Positions 48,718 through 62,559 are shown, counted from the first letter of the stretch. The stretch: DNA of 64,000 bases from Carcharhinus longimanus (GCA_030264375.1 JASCQW010000061.1:84627343-84691342); one strand, 5' to 3'. The notes: generated by a model not told the origin, from the sequence alone. Numbers and translations: made by a program.

Positions 48718-49925
48718 GTTATGAATTTTGCCAGGTGGGTTGAAATCCTGGCGTTGGCCTCAATTTCAGATTGGGAACCCAGAAGTGACTATGGGGGGTA
48801 CATCCCTTTTCCTGGAAGTGGCTAAGTACAGACCCTGTCCCATTCAGAATGGTGTACAGGTTCCAACAAGGGCTGCTGGAATCTGAAACAAAAACAGAGC
48901 AATGCTGGGAAATCTCCCCAGGTCTGACAGCATCTGCGGAGAGAGAATAGAGCCAATGTTTCGAGTCAGGATGACCCTCTGTTAGCTCAGAGCTGATCAA
49001 AGGTCATCTAGACTTGAAACATTTGCTCTACTCTATCTCTGCAGATGCTGTCAGACCTGCTGAGGTTTTCCAGCATTTTTCTCCAACGAGGCGAGGTTCT
49101 GTTCAAGGCATCCCTATCCATGGGTAGGGATGCTGGTCTCTTTCACAGAATGGACTCTATTGAGGAGTCAGTAGCAGGACAGTCAGTGACATCATGGAGA
49201 GGTGCCTTTAGTAGGAGGGCAGTAAAGGCTATTGCAGCATGACCTAGATTAGTGGAGGCATCAGCTCCTAAATTGCTGGATTGGCATGCCCTTCTGCTTT
49301 GGGAGACTAGGAGCAGTGATTTAATGCTGGTAACTGAATATTACGCTGCATGTGGTTCATGGCTTGGACCTCCTGGTATGAAAGCACCTGCACTACGTTT
49401 CTGGGCTCCTGACACAGTGGGGGCCTGTATGCCATTGGAAATATTACAATACAATTCCACAGTAAAGTGTCCTNNNNNNNNNNNNNNNNNNNNNNNNNNN
49501 NNNNNNNNNNNNNNNNNNNNNNNNNNNNNNNNNNNNNNNNNNNNNNNNNNNNNNNNNNNNNNNNNNNNNNNNNCACAGTAAAGTGTCCTAATTGGCTATC
49601 TACTGCAGCTAGGTTTCTGCTTCTGGGAAAAACCCATGGAATGGGAACATGTTGCAGAGCCAACCTGCCTCATTGATCGTACATTCTTTGTCAGTGTCTT
49701 ATTAATCACAATGTTGAAGTTCGATGGCAATCACATTGTTAAACAGGTGATGGGTATTTGTACTATGAATGGGGATAACTGGGACACTGTGGTGTTGGAG
49801 TTGTGCTGACTGTGAACTAAGTCAGGAAACAGCTGTGTCTTTGTTTTAACTTCATCAGCCGGCATGGATTGACTAACATTCCTCACCTACAAAACTGTGA
49901 CCCCGGGGCTGGGAAAATTCAGCCC
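48718..49925. mobile_element. Non-autonomous PIF/Harbinger-like element (about 1.2 kb)
   Basis: TIRs GTTATGAATTTTGCCAG / CTGGGAAAATTCAGCCC, inserted at a TAA. Confidence 0.5.
48875..49085. mobile_element. Penelope-like palindromic element with two divergent hammerhead remnants
   Basis: Arms CAGGTCTGACAGCATCTGC..TTTCGAGTCAGGATGACCC / GGTCATCTAGACTTGAAAC..GCAGATGCTGTCAGACCTG. Confidence 0.7.
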
Positions 49926-51554
49926 AACATTTCAAGTCGATGGCCCTTTGTTGGAATAATTATTAACAACTGGTTATTTACATGCAATGTGATTTGGCTG
50001 TGTCATATTGAAATCTAAACCATGTAGCGATGGTTTTGCCTGTCTATAAAATTGATGTTTGACAGAACAATACTGATATACAATATTAAAACAGAACTTG
50101 AAGCAAAATTATAATTATTGTAAAGATTGAAAATGATGTCCAGCAAATATAGAGGCATCATTTTTTTCATTTGATCTTAATGATAGCTGCATTCATTAAT
50201 AAATTAACACCAGGGATAAAATAGATTGAGTGAAATTATACCTGTTGAGGGAGGTTTGTGCAGTCAGAGATTGCTGTTGTACTGATGGCTTTCCCTCGTA
50301 ATTGTCACATAGCAACTGCCTAAGTACCAGTTTATATCATCACCTCAGCACAGCTCCTAAGAACTCCCCTGAAGCTAGTAGAGGTTGTACAGTCCTAGAT
50401 GAAGTCTTCATGGGTGCTGACCATAAAAAGTTCATCAAAGTAATGAGCCGAGGAGAGAGATTGCTGCTTGTGGGCAGAACTCGGCACTGGGAAGTGTGAA
50501 CCTGCTCCAGCTGCGACAATAAAACAGCAGGTGGCTGCAGTCATGAGGGGTGGCAGATGAGGTAGGGGACTGACTTCCAGCCTCCAGAACTCTCATTTGT
50601 TAGCCATAGTCATTGTTCCATGCAAAATAGCTTCCATCTCAGTCAATTTACGTTCTGCAAAATAATGCATAATGAAAGAGAGCAATAAATTCTGGGGTGT
50701 GAGGTTCCAAAGCTTTCAGGTTATTGGATGATTACATTTTACAGTGAATGTGACTCATTTATGTCTCTTTTCTGCCTTGATTTTTAATGTTATTGTCGAA
50801 GATGTTTACTCTGCTCCTTTTGAAATTCTGGCACAGATTTGTTTCTTGCTATCTCTTCCTGCTCTTTCCCTCTGTGTGCATACACACGTAAAGTCCCTTT
50901 TCCTAATTTCATGAGGGAAGTTCTAAGCATAATAGTATTTGAAGGAAATGAAACAAATAGGAATGTCAGTCTATAAATCTGTGGAAATATACATGGAATT
51001 TAGTTTGTTATTTTCTGTTATAATTTTGTATTTTTACATTTTGCATTTCTTTGGTAACACAAACACGGTGGGAAGGGAAAAAACAGTATCTGGTGACTGT
51101 TCAAAAGCATTAATTAGGTGAGCAGGTGGGTGACTGGTTGTTGAGTTTTAAGATTTTAAACCCTCTAAATGGGGATATGACTTTAAACAGTTACTGGAAA
51201 GATATAAACATTGCATTAAATTTATAGCTTAATTACTTAATCTCCTTATTGTAACTTCAAATAACAGTTGAGTGATATTTCTAAAGTTGAAATTTAATTA
51301 GTTAAGTAAAACATAATAAAGATGACAGGGCAGGTGATGTGTTGTAGCTGTAGCATGTGGGACTGGTGAAGACTGATATGATCCATTGCAACTACATCTG
51401 CAGTGTTTGCAGCTCCAGAGCTTGGGGGGTGGGGTGGGGATTTCCTGGACAGTTTGTTCTAGGAGACAGTTACACCCGTTTGGTTGGGTACTTCTGACTT
51501 GGTCCATGGTCAGGGACTGAAGGGTACGAGTCTGAGTGAGGCAAATATGGAGAT

Positions 51555-51728
51555 CCTTCACTGTCACTGGGTCAAAATCCTGGAACTCCCTGGGTACACC
51601 TACACAATATGGTCCACAGTGGTTCAAGATGGTGTCTCACCACTGCCTTCTCAAGGGTAATTAAGAATTGGCAACATTTGCTGGTCTAGCCAGTGACACC
51701 CACATCCCATGAACAAATGAATAAAAAA
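51555..51728 (+). mobile_element. LINE 3' end sharing its tail with SINE family B
   Basis: CTGGGTCAAAATCCTGGAACTCCC...CTTCTCAAGGG...CCCACATCCCATGAAC. Confidence 0.65.
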
Positions 51729-52149
51729 GGAAGTAGCAGTAGAGGAGCCTCAGCCCCTGAATTGCTGAACAGCTTCTTACATCTTGTGTGGACAAGAGCA
51801 AAGACTACATGGTGGATGAGTAAACTGACCACAGCAACATGAAGCAGAGAGCCATTCAAGTTGGTGAGAGTAAAAATGAATGTAGTTGCTATAGGAATCA
51901 AGGGACATGAGAAATGGACTGGAAAGTGGAATGAATCCCAAGCTCAGCCATGATCAAAGTGAATGGCAAACCAGGTGCTCAACAGGCCGTGTGGTCTGCT
52001 CCTCCTATTTCTGATGTTTTTATGCCCATTAAGCCTGTCCCATATTTATTATACCAATGTCATCGTAACTAGATATTTCCAAACTATCTCTCAATTCTAG
52101 CAGCTAGAAAGACACCATTGTCAACATATTCTGGAATACTGGATTTTGT

Positions 52150-52735
52150 CCCTGGCTCAGCTCATCTGCTGATATCATAATTTATGACTTGATTACCTCA
52201 AGAATTGATTATTCTAATGCATCTATGCCCAGCCCCTTCTGCAAACTTGAGAATGTACAAAACTCTGCTGATCAAGTCCTATCCACACCATGTCCCGCTC
52301 ATCCATCATCCCTGTGCTCGCTGATCTTAGTGGATCCTGGCCAAGTAATGCCTCAATTTTTAAAATTCCCATTCTTTTTTTTAAAAACACTTCAAGCTTG
52401 GCCCTTCCCTATTTCTCCATCCTCTTCCAGCTCCACAATCCTCTGAAATATTGTGCTCATCTAATTCTGGACTCTTGAACAACGCTAGTTTTAATCACTT
52501 TGCCATTAGTGGCTGTAGCTTCAGCTGCCTTGGCCCCAAGCTCTGGAATTTTCTTCTGCCTCTTGCATTGTTTAAAACACTTCTTAAAACATACTTCTTT
52601 GACCAAGTGTTTGGCCATCTGTCCTAATAGCACCTGACGGGATTCAGTTGTCTAATGTTGGGTTTTAACCTTCCTGTGAAGCACCTTAGGATGTTTTATT
52701 ACACTACAGATGCTATATAAATAATAGTTGTTGTT
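52150..52735 (+). mobile_element. L2-type LINE 3' fragment
   Basis: ITSRIDYSNA...KLENVQNSA; SIIPVLADL; tail ending GTTGTTGTTG. Confidence 0.75.
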
Positions 52736-53924
52736 GAATATGTTATGTGTAGCCACATGATCCCATCACATTTGGTAGGCAGATGAATGTCAGTTCAAAT
52801 GTCAGGATGGCAACCTCTAGACTGGTTTACTGCACATTAGCAGGTAAATCAGCACAACCAGTACCAAGCTCAATTTGTTCCTCTCTCAGAAAACCTAACC
52901 ACCCAGGGCACTTTTCCAGCGCTTACTCAGGAATAACAGTCAGCCTTAGAAACTTGTCTTCTTTACTGTTTATGTGGCTGTACCACATTACAAAGTTGCT
53001 CAGCTGTCTCCAATACTGGTTGGTCTAACAGTTAACTGACAGTAATATTTTTGTAATGTAGCTGAGGTGGAACTCCAGGTTCCTTGAAGTTGTCCCGGAA
53101 TAAAAGGGGATTGAAAATTGTATCACCGTTTCCACTACTTACTGTGGGCATGTTGCTGCAAACATGATTTGCCTGATGTTCAGTGCCCAGTACAACATGG
53201 CAGTGTTAATAACATTATAACAAAACAGCACCAGCAGTGACAAAACCACATTTTATATGTCATGCAGCACTGGTTAGGCAGCAATGAGTTAGTGGCAGTA
53301 ACCAAATCTGAATGTTGAGCCACTACTGTCACGGCTTATAATACTATCACTTGAGTGCAGTTGCTGTACTGTCAGTCACTTCTCTACTATCTCCTGTGTT
53401 GTGAATGTGGCTTTGGAAGATTGTTCTGTGACAGTAAATCTGCATCTTAATTGTAGAGGAAATGGAAGCCAAAAGGTAAGTGAAATCTATGAGCTAGTGA
53501 ATGTAGACATCTGTTTCTGCTAAAATAGACAGAGCATTTAAGGTCCTATAAGTGGCAACTTTGGAGTTGACATTAATACAGATGGTTCACTTTTTGGCCA
53601 ATGTAACGGTTGTCCATATTCAATGTGACCATGTTAACGTGGTAACTGAATCTCACCTTTACACCTAGACAGATTCCCATTCACACAATACTTGAAGTTG
53701 AATGAAACTCTTTCTGATCTGTCCTCACTGCTATGCATATCCTGTTATTGTAGGAAATTAATACATATCCAGGTGACTTGGACAGAATCATGCTTAGGCC
53801 CTGCTGTCAGCAGTCACTGGCACATTACATCACCGCTCCACAAGAACACCCCAGTAATGCATATTAATGTTTGAGAAGTGATCTGTATTAACTGCATTAT
53901 GATGAAGTAAATAGAGTGGGAATG

Positions 53925-54020
53925 GGAAATAAAAGCAGAAGATGCTGGAAAAACACAGCAGGTCCTGCAGCAACTGTGAAGAGAGAAAGTTTTGAGTCCA
54001 TATGACCCTTGTACAGAAGT
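53925..54020 (-). mobile_element. Penelope-like end remnant
   Basis: GATGCTGGAAAAACACAGCAGGTC...TTTTGAGTCCATATGACCCTT. Confidence 0.5.
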
Positions 54021-55239
54021 AGAGCATATATGCCAGCACAGATTTGATGGACCAAATGGCCGATTTCTGTGTTGTAATTTATAATATTTTATATGAAATC
54101 TGGTGCAAAAAAGTATACTGCCTGTTAAAATGACTTACATCTATTGGGTAAAATTCTGATGGGAGACATTTTTTTTTGATATGAGCTGGAGTGAAAATTC
54201 ATAGTATTTAAACGGTTATCCGATAGTCGAAAGTTTTAAATTGGTCAGTGGAAATGTCTCCCCTTGCTTTATCAATACCTTTTTTCAATTCTTTCTTGGG
54301 GGAAAGGCAATAGTTTATTTCTCCCTGATCATTTCTGTAGCCCATTTCTTTCCTTGCCTTTCTGATTTATGGAACTACTGTCTGACATCACATTATGTTG
54401 CATGTATGTTTTATGTTGTGCCCGAGACATTTTATCTTGTCGTGTCAGACATGATCAACGCAACCAGCTTGTGGCTGATTGGCTTACTTTTTGTATTCAT
54501 AAAACAGCAAGAAATTGCCACTTAGTAGGTTGTAAGGGAATGCAATCAAATGCAAGGGAAGCTGGTAGATAAGATCCTAGTGATGAACTATTGGCAAAGT
54601 ATGAAGAAAGCTAATCAAGCAGGAGCAGTTAGCAAAGTTCAGCAACTAAAAGTGAATTAATCAAATTGTTTCAAATATTTTGTAGGAAATCCATCAGCCA
54701 CAAACTTGGTTTCTCATTAATCTGCCTTACTATCACGAATAAGATTTGCAGCACAATCCTCACAGAAATTTGCAAGTAAATCATTAAAATGGACAATAGC
54801 ATTTAATGTTTCCTATGTGACGTCAGAGCTTTATGTTAACAAATTGCTATGATGAGACTCATCCAGCTAAACCTGGCAACATAACACCAGTGGTTTCACT
54901 TGTGGAGATTTTAATTATTGACAGTAAAACCTGCCAACCATAGAACATACCAGGGCTTCCTGAGTTCTACCAATCCAGTAGAAAATTTCTGGAAATGTAA
55001 CCCCCTCACCCTTACCAAGACACAATGTTGAAAGGAGCCAGAAATTATTTTTCTTGAAAATGCCAGAGTAAGGTTAAGTTTTTCAAGTTTGAGTTCACGT
55101 TATTCAGGTTCACCGGGGTTGCTTTAAAAGCAGACGTGTGCATTGCAAAATAGCTGATCTCTGGAAATATAGTTCACACGAACCATAAGCACCAAAGCAC
55201 AGATATATCTGACTGTTATGCCTGTGAATGTTCACCTTT

Positions 55240-55630
55240 GCAACATTGCCCAGCTGCACCTCTGCCTCAACTCATCCGCTGTTGAAACCTTCATTCGTGC
55301 CTTTGTGATCTCCAGATCTGAGTTCTCCAGTGCATGTCTTGTTGGCTTCACATATTCTAACCTTTCTGGTCATCTAAAACTGCCTACGGTTTAGTTGACA
55401 TCATATCCTGTTCACCCATCTCCTCAGTGCATACCGACTTACATTGGCTCCTGCCTCGATTTTAAAATTCTAAACCTCCCTCCCCAAACACCTCCCTCTG
55501 CTCCTTTTAAGATTCTTTAGAACCAACCTCTTCAACAAAACAACTGCTCTAATGGCTCGCCATGTCACTCGATGTCAACAAATCACTTTGGCATAATTTG
55601 TTATGTTAAAGGGCCGGAATTGCATCAAGT
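55240..55630 (+). mobile_element. L2-type LINE fragment
   Basis: GAAACCTTCATTCGTGCCTTTGTGATCTCCAGA (ETFIRAFVISR); CCTGTTCACCCATC. Confidence 0.65.
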
Positions 55631-56267
55631 TGATATTGAGAAATCTGACAAACAGAGGAATGGAATAATTTAGAGATTTTCCTTGTATGTAGTTACATAT
55701 TCTAAATGTGCCTTTTTAAAACACATTTTTCCAATAATTCTGGAACTATTGCACTATTTTTCAAATTTGGAGGCAGATTCTGAAATAACAGTCCTGAATT
55801 TAAACATTTATTTAACTTCACTTTGGTTAATGCTACACTCTGCTGCAGAGCTAAAGAAAGACTTTTGCAAATTAGCTTAATATTTGTATAACATTTATAC
55901 ATTGTTTGGGGTATTTATACTCATAATGAACATCAAACAATTGAGAAATTAAGATTAAGGGCCACTTTGCCATATTGTGTAAGGTTGGTGTATGAGGTAA
56001 CAGTTTTATTTATCTGTCTGCGGTAGATACAGAATTTACTTTTCATCCAGTAACGATTAAAAAAGCACTTCAAGGTCTCCAGTTAACATTTTTCTAAAAT
56101 GTTTCAGTGCAAATATACAGCCCAACATTCACTGTCACTCCCCAAGAACTCACCTCCCACTCCACTGCTTTCACCCAGCAATGTGGTGCTTCATAAGCAA
56201 TGTCTTGGTAAATGCATATGCATCATATAGGCATGTGCATGCACACCTGCTAAATTGTCCCTTAGTG

Positions 56268-56366
56268 TCAGGGGGCTAGCTAGGGTAAATGCATGGAGTT
56301 ATGGGGATTGTGGTCGGTGCAAACTCAAAGGACCAAATGGCCTCCTTCTGCACAGTACGATTCTAT
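56268..56366 (+). mobile_element. HE1 3' half
   Basis: GCTAAATTGTCCCTTAGTGTCAGGGG...CCAAATGGCCTCCTTCTGCAC. Confidence 0.75.
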
Positions 56367-56452
56367 TACTTCAGGAGTCTTTGTGCAAATTCTGCTCCCT
56401 TTGTTTTCATCCTTAATTGATCTGTGCATCTTTTAAAGTCATGTGTTGAGGT

Positions 56453-57720
56453 TGTTATGATCCAGTTGGGGAACAATAATTTTATTGCTAAAATAGATAA
56501 AGTTTGAAACCTTGGCTACTTAATAAGGGAATAAAGCCATATGATTCCATGGTTTTAAACAATCAAAATAAGCTTGACTGTACAAAGTCAGAGAAGTGAA
56601 ACAATCTATATCTAAATATCTATCTTATGTTAAACTTTTAAATTTAACATGCAGTAAATATGAATTGACCATGCTAACTGTGGCTGAATACACCACATTG
56701 AAAATTAACTGGCTGATGCGATCAAGACACATTGCTTGAATTTCTCATCAAGCCACTCAGATGTCAGTGACCACTGTGAGTCACAATATCTTGTTAAAAT
56801 TCTGTCTCCCTCACGAGGGATTTCAACTCTTCACTTTCAAAGATCTCACCTCTGAATTCCCTCAAAGGCCACCCAAATTTGGGCTCCCACAATCATTGTT
56901 CACCTTGCAATGGTTCAGTCTTTTCTGAGGCTGCATTCTATGGGATTAACAAACAGTACTCCTGTCACTAATTACTGACACGTGTCCAACTCTCTTACAG
57001 GCTGTTAGCTTCACTAGGCTGGCATTACCCCTGGGGTTTCTCCAAACTCAAGTCTCCCAGCTGCACTGAGCTTTAAATGGCTCCCCAATCTTCTGAGCTT
57101 TAACTCTCTCAAGTATGGAACTAGTGACCTTCTGCTATCTTTGCAGCTCCCCAGGACTTCTCCTGAGCCCTAACTGTACTGAATTGATCCCAGGGTTCTG
57201 CTGTAAGCTGCAGAACACACAGGTCCAAATTGCAACTTTGAGCTGCATAGAACGGCTCAAAGGATTTTTCTGAGCTCTGCTACCTGGAGCCTGCCAACGG
57301 CAGCACCTTTTGGTATCCGGCCTTTTCCGCTGAGGCGAACACTCAGACAAATGGAAATCAGAGAAACTTTTTAAGCCTCACTCATCTCCATGACAATATA
57401 GCATTTCAAGGTTCATTGAATCTTTTTAAACTAATTTCGCTGTAATTCCCAAAACTCTCTGAACTGCATTTCTTTGAAAGCAGTGTAGACATTACATTGC
57501 CAGCTCTCCAGCGAAGTAAGCCGACTTTTATGCTATTTCATGGCTCCATTTCTTCTGTTTTGATTCAATTACATGGGTAAGCTTCTGAACTGCTATTTCT
57601 TTTTAGGTTATTTCTAAAGCCTAGCATTTTAGTTACCTTTCCTTCACAACAACAATATTCCCAGAACTAAATATTATCTCTCAAATGTCAACATGAACCA
57701 TGATCTAGATATTTATCGTA
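56453..57720 (-). mobile_element. Possible long solo LTR
   Basis: Starts TGTTATGATCC with LTR-like composition; the right end and TSD were not identified. Confidence 0.3.
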
Positions 57721-60388
57721 GGTGAAATAAGGCTCAATGTAGGAGGCTCATGCGGAGTTAAACAGCATAGACCTTGCTATTAATTCTGTATAATTGATTG
57801 GAGATGTACATAAAATAACTTCTTATTGATTCCAGGATCTCTATTTTATGTGGGGAAGGACTGGAAAGTCTTACCTGCCCTTTAATTAATCTGCTAAGGC
57901 CAATCGGGATCTGATTCACCTGTGCAAAGCACAACAATTACACTTTGTTGCCTTAAGTGGAGAGAGTTGTTCAGCAGCAGAGTTTAGAAATTCAGCACTC
58001 CAACACTCTGGACCTCAGCATTTGCCCTTTCATATTCCACAGCAAAATATAGTGTACCTGTCTGACAAAGATCATCATGCGCACATACCTTATTAACACT
58101 CATTTAAGTGCAGCAGTGTACCTTATAACTGCAACTCTCTGCTCAATACGCCACCCTGGCTTCCTTTCCTTGCTAACATCACTCTCCCCACAGGTTCAGG
58201 ATTAGCTGATGTCCCTTTGCAACCAGCCTNNNNNNNNNNNNNNNNNGTACAACGGCCCTTAGGCGCTATGGAGAAAAACACACGACGGTGCACATTACCA
58301 AGGAGTGTCCTCTCTACAGACTGAGTAGTAAACTAATCATCTTAAGCTCAGCAAAGGAGGCTCTCATTGGGCTTCAGGGATTTGCGTTTGCTAAGTAAAT
58401 AAAATAGCTAACTATATGCTGTTTATTACACAGCGTAATACTCTTCTTTTTCAAAAATAACAGCATAACCTACAACCTACTGCAACCAGTGCCACACAGC
58501 ATTCCCTTTTCAAGACTTCTGTCCATGACACATATGTCACACTCCAAACATCAGTATTTTGTAACAGATGTAAAATAATCTTTTTTTTGTGACAGATGCA
58601 TTATTGGAGATACTCCTAACCTGAACCATTTGTGGCCCTCTAACCGACCCCAGCAATTTTCATGCAACTGTAATTACCTGGATTCCCAGAACACTTAGAA
58701 AGGACAAGGCTAGGTTTGTGGCAAAGCATCACAATTGCTCTAGATCCAGACTACTTGTGATTACCCCTGCAGGAGATACTGTTCAAACTATGTCTATTGT
58801 GGGTTACATTATGGTTGAAGAGTGTAAAATTTAGTTTCAGTTTAAGGTGAGTTGGCGTTTCCATTAGGTTTGGTTCAGTATACCCGAAGGTGTTTACAAG
58901 CTATGCTAGAACTTTGACCCAGCTGAGGGGCTTTTAGAAACAAGAAAGCCCTGCAGTTGCAATGGAGAGAATGGGTGGAGTTGTGTTGAAAGGAAAACTG
59001 GTGGGGTTTTTTTTGGCACGGTGGGGGGGGGTGTGAAAGTAATAGCAAGGGAGGAAACTGACTGCAGAATGCAGACTTTTAACCTCTTGTGTTTCACCAG
59101 AGAACCCAGAGCTATACCTTTAGAAAGGTAGAGAGTGAGTGCTATTGAATTGGGTAGGACCAAGAAACAGAGGCAAAATCCAACTGTGGAATAGATGCCA
59201 TGAGATATCTATTTGTGAATGGTGAACTGTGTCCTGTACAATCAGCGATGCCTATACTTGGGCCAGGAGTTCATTTTGGAAGGAAGATGCCACATTCCTG
59301 TGCTTTGACCTGTGCAGCCAAACCCAGAAGGACAAGGAACTGCCTTTCAAAGTATGTTTAAAGGCCTATCACAGTGAAAGCCACAGTAAAAAGTTTAAGC
59401 AGGATCAAAGCTGTTGTTGAACTCAAATGTTGAGCCCAGAAGACTAGAAAAATAAGGGGCTATTCCTATGGATTTTCAGTTCCTTCCAAACGCATGTAAC
59501 ATTTAGATGCACATGTACAGATGATTTTCTCTCTTCCAGTGTAATATTCAGTCTGCCTCTTTGATATTGAAGGTGGCGTACAATGCATCTTCCCTCCCTG
59601 AAAGATATGGGTTTCTCAGTGTTGCTCACCATGTCATGTTATCTGAAGTTATTTTGTTCTGCAGTCAGTTACAATAACCTATCTTTTCCTGCAACAAGGA
59701 ATTGATTTGTAAATGCATAGTATTTAGATTCTTGGTGTTGGGGCAGTTGTAGAAATGGGTATCCATTTGACGTGCAGGATTTATTGTCCAGGGAAGGTCT
59801 GTGGCCAAGGATTCCCAGAAATGTTGTGCATGTTCCAGCATCTTACAGCAGACTATTTATAAATATCTAATTGTGATGTGTACACTACTTTTCACAAGGG
59901 AATATGTCCCACTGCATTTGACAGAAAATTAATGTTGAATCATGCACATTCTGGTAATGTTAACAAAGTAATCTGCTTCTGCCTTGATTCTTGCTTGTGA
60001 TTGTCTCTTGCTACATCCCTTTATTGAGTTTAGAAATTATTTTTGGTAATAGTAATAAACAAATTCTCATTGTATTTGATAATTTGTCCACTGTTTTAAT
60101 ATGACCATTTTCTATTTATTTTAAATGGGGGTAAAGTCTCAGTTACAGCACCAGAGATAGCAATGTCATATGAATCCATTAAATATACAGCAATATCACT
60201 CATTTTAATAATGAACGTGGGCATGTGCCCAGGAAAACAAAGCTGTAAATGTTAGGTTGTATTGGCCGAGAGGAAAATAATAAGGGTCAGAGAAGAAGGT
60301 TCAAAGACAGTTTGAAAGCAGGGTGAAGGAAACCGCAGTAGGTTAAATGAACCATTTCCAAAGGTGGAGTGGAGAGATAGGAGACAAA

Positions 60389-60512
60389 GGATAGAATTTT
60401 CCTGTCCCGCTTGCCTGCCACAGGAATCGTAGCAGGTGGGACACGGACCATGCAAAGGACCTTGGATGGGATTTTCTGGCATTAGGCTGAGCATGGCTGG
60501 AAAATCCCATCC
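60389..60512 (+). mobile_element. PIF/Harbinger-type MITE (124 bp)
   Basis: Same family as 35281; TIRs GGATAGAATTTTCC / GGAAAATCCCATCC, TSD AAA/AAA. Confidence 0.8.
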
Positions 60513-60534
60513 AAAGACTAACTCCATGTGTTAG

Positions 60535-60810
60535 AAGGAAAGACTTGCATTTATAAAGCATTTTTTATGACCTCGGCGCCAATGAAGTAGTTTTGAAATG
60601 TAGTTAGTTGTCAGGGAATGTGGCAGTTTACTCACAGCACTCTCCCACAAACAACAATATGATATTGATGGAGGGATAATTTTTGACCAGCACACTGGGG
60701 AGAATTCCCCTGCTCTCCTTCGAAATGGTGTCATGCATATTTTATGTTCACCTCAAGGAGCAGATGGGGCTTTGCTGTCATCTGAAATGTGCCACCTCCG
60801 CCAATGCTTT
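60535..60810 (-). mobile_element. DeuSINE fragment
   Basis: AAGACTTGCATTTATA...CTCCCACAAAC...GGGGAGAATTCCCCTGCTCTCCTTCGAAAT. Confidence 0.7.
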
Positions 60811-61805
60811 TTTGTGACTGGAAGGCTGTCTCTCCAGGGGTTGGTATATGGTCCCATGCACATGAGCAGCACATAAAACTATCTTTATTGTGACGATGCA
60901 CTTCTTAATTTTATACTGTTACTCCCTGAGCTGACCCATGAGATACATTCACACTGTACGAGGTTGTTGAGAATCGTGCAGTGGACTCCCTGACTTTGCA
61001 CAATCTCTCTGCTGACTTCAGACCAATCAATGGGCGATCTGGTTTAGACCAGCTAAAGCGCCACACTAAAAATATACCACCACATCAAAAGATGACAGCC
61101 TTTCACTGATCCTGCCCTTTCTCACGGGTCTCAGCTAGAACTGTCATTCACAAGTTGGTGCAATCTGTTAACCTGTGCCAGAAAACCTGAACTGCTTGAT
61201 CGTTGTGCAATTCATACATTGTCCCACCAGCTATCAAAGGCATTGATTGACAAACATTCACACAGCGTTAGCACTTAAAATCTCCTTTCTTCAATTATAA
61301 GTCTGCTTATTGCTCTGCTCAATCACAATCTATATTCCTGCACCTTGGCAAAACTGTCAGCAGTTAATCCTGTTGAGAAAAATAAACTAATGCAGCCAAA
61401 AATACCTCTCATCATTGATGGTTTTTGTTTTGGTAATATTGAGCTCTTGACCGCAAAACTGAATTGTTGACCATGTAAATAGCATTATAAATTAATTCTT
61501 CATTGCAGTAACTGCTGCAGAAACTTACGGTCTTAAGGAAACGCTGCTTTATGTATCCATTGATGTGGGAGAATTGCTTTTGGAGTCAGGATCTGATGTG
61601 TACATCTTTGAATCCCATGAGGGGAGGGATGATCTATTCACGTTAACAAGATGAGACTTGCTGTGTTCAAGCTGATAAGCTCAGATTTTCTCCTATGTTA
61701 CTTTAGCTTTAGTGATACGTTTCAGATTGGTTACTGTGCAAGCGAAGTATCATCATTCAGAAAACCTAGGGTTAGGAGTGTTGCTAAACTGATCTGATTA
61801 TGTGG

Positions 61806-62120
61806 TCATAGAATCATAGAATCCCTACAGTGCAGAAGGAGGCCATCTGGCCCATTGGGTCTGCATCGACCACAATCCCACCCAGGCCCTATACCTATAA
61901 CCCACATATTTACCTAGCTAGTTCCCCTGACACAATTTAGCATGGCCAGTCAACCAAACCCGCACATCTTCGGATTGTGGGATGAAACCGGAGCACCCAG
62001 AGAAAACCCACACAGACACGGGGAAAATGTGCAAACTCCGCACAGTCACTTGAGGCCGGAATTGAACCTGGGTTCCTGGTGCTTTGAGGCAGCAGTGCTA
62101 ACCGCTGTGCCACCATGCCG
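61806..62120 (-). mobile_element. HE1 V-SINE
   Basis: (CATAGAAT)2 tail...GAAACCGGAGCACCC...GCAGTGCTAACCGCTGTGCCACCATGCCGC. Confidence 0.9.
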
Positions 62121-62179
62121 CGATAAAGCAGTGATCAGTGTTGAGCACGAGAGCCAACAGTGCGACTCTTCAACCATTC

Positions 62180-62430
62180 GATAACAATAACAACTTGGAC
62201 TTTAGTATAGTGCCTTTATTTAATGTAGTTAAAGCACTCGCAGATTCTCCATAGGATCATCTTCAAATAAGAATTGACACTGAGCCACTTAAGGAGATAT
62301 TGAAGCTTGGTCAAAGAGGAAGCCTTTAAAGGGGTATCTTAAATGAGGAAATGGAAGTAGAGAGGTGGAGTGGTTTAAGGAGGGATTTCTAGAGCTTAGG
62401 GGGAGCACAGCCAACAATGCTGGAGCCATG
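62180..62430 (-). mobile_element. L2-type LINE 3' fragment
   Basis: (AAC)n tail, TTGACACTGAGCCAC, AAGCTTGGTCAAAGAGG. Confidence 0.65.
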
Positions 62431-62559
62431 CTGTCTTTAAAAAAGCCTCCCAACATCTGAATGCACCAGCCTTAATTTCTCTTGGGCACTTAGTAGGTAA
62501 CTGTTGGGATTTTAAGATGCTGCATGTATTCCGGTGCTGATTCTACTGGCGAGATATTG

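Noticed and set aside
49458-49589. Direct repeat CACAGTAAAGTGTCCT on both sides of a 100-N gap
   Set aside because: Typical contig-overlap artefact at a placeholder gap.
53457-53475. 19-nt micro-exon with a perfect AAG|GTAAGT donor
   Set aside because: Weak pyrimidine tract, not frame-preserving, no other support.
60864-60885. miR-15/16-like seed AGCAGCACATAA
   Set aside because: The rest of the mature sequence and a precursor hairpin are absent.
162-62184. Short ORFs of the six-frame track as genes
   Set aside because: Eukaryotic non-coding DNA; these ORFs are of chance length, lie in SINEs or LINEs, or lack recognisable domains.
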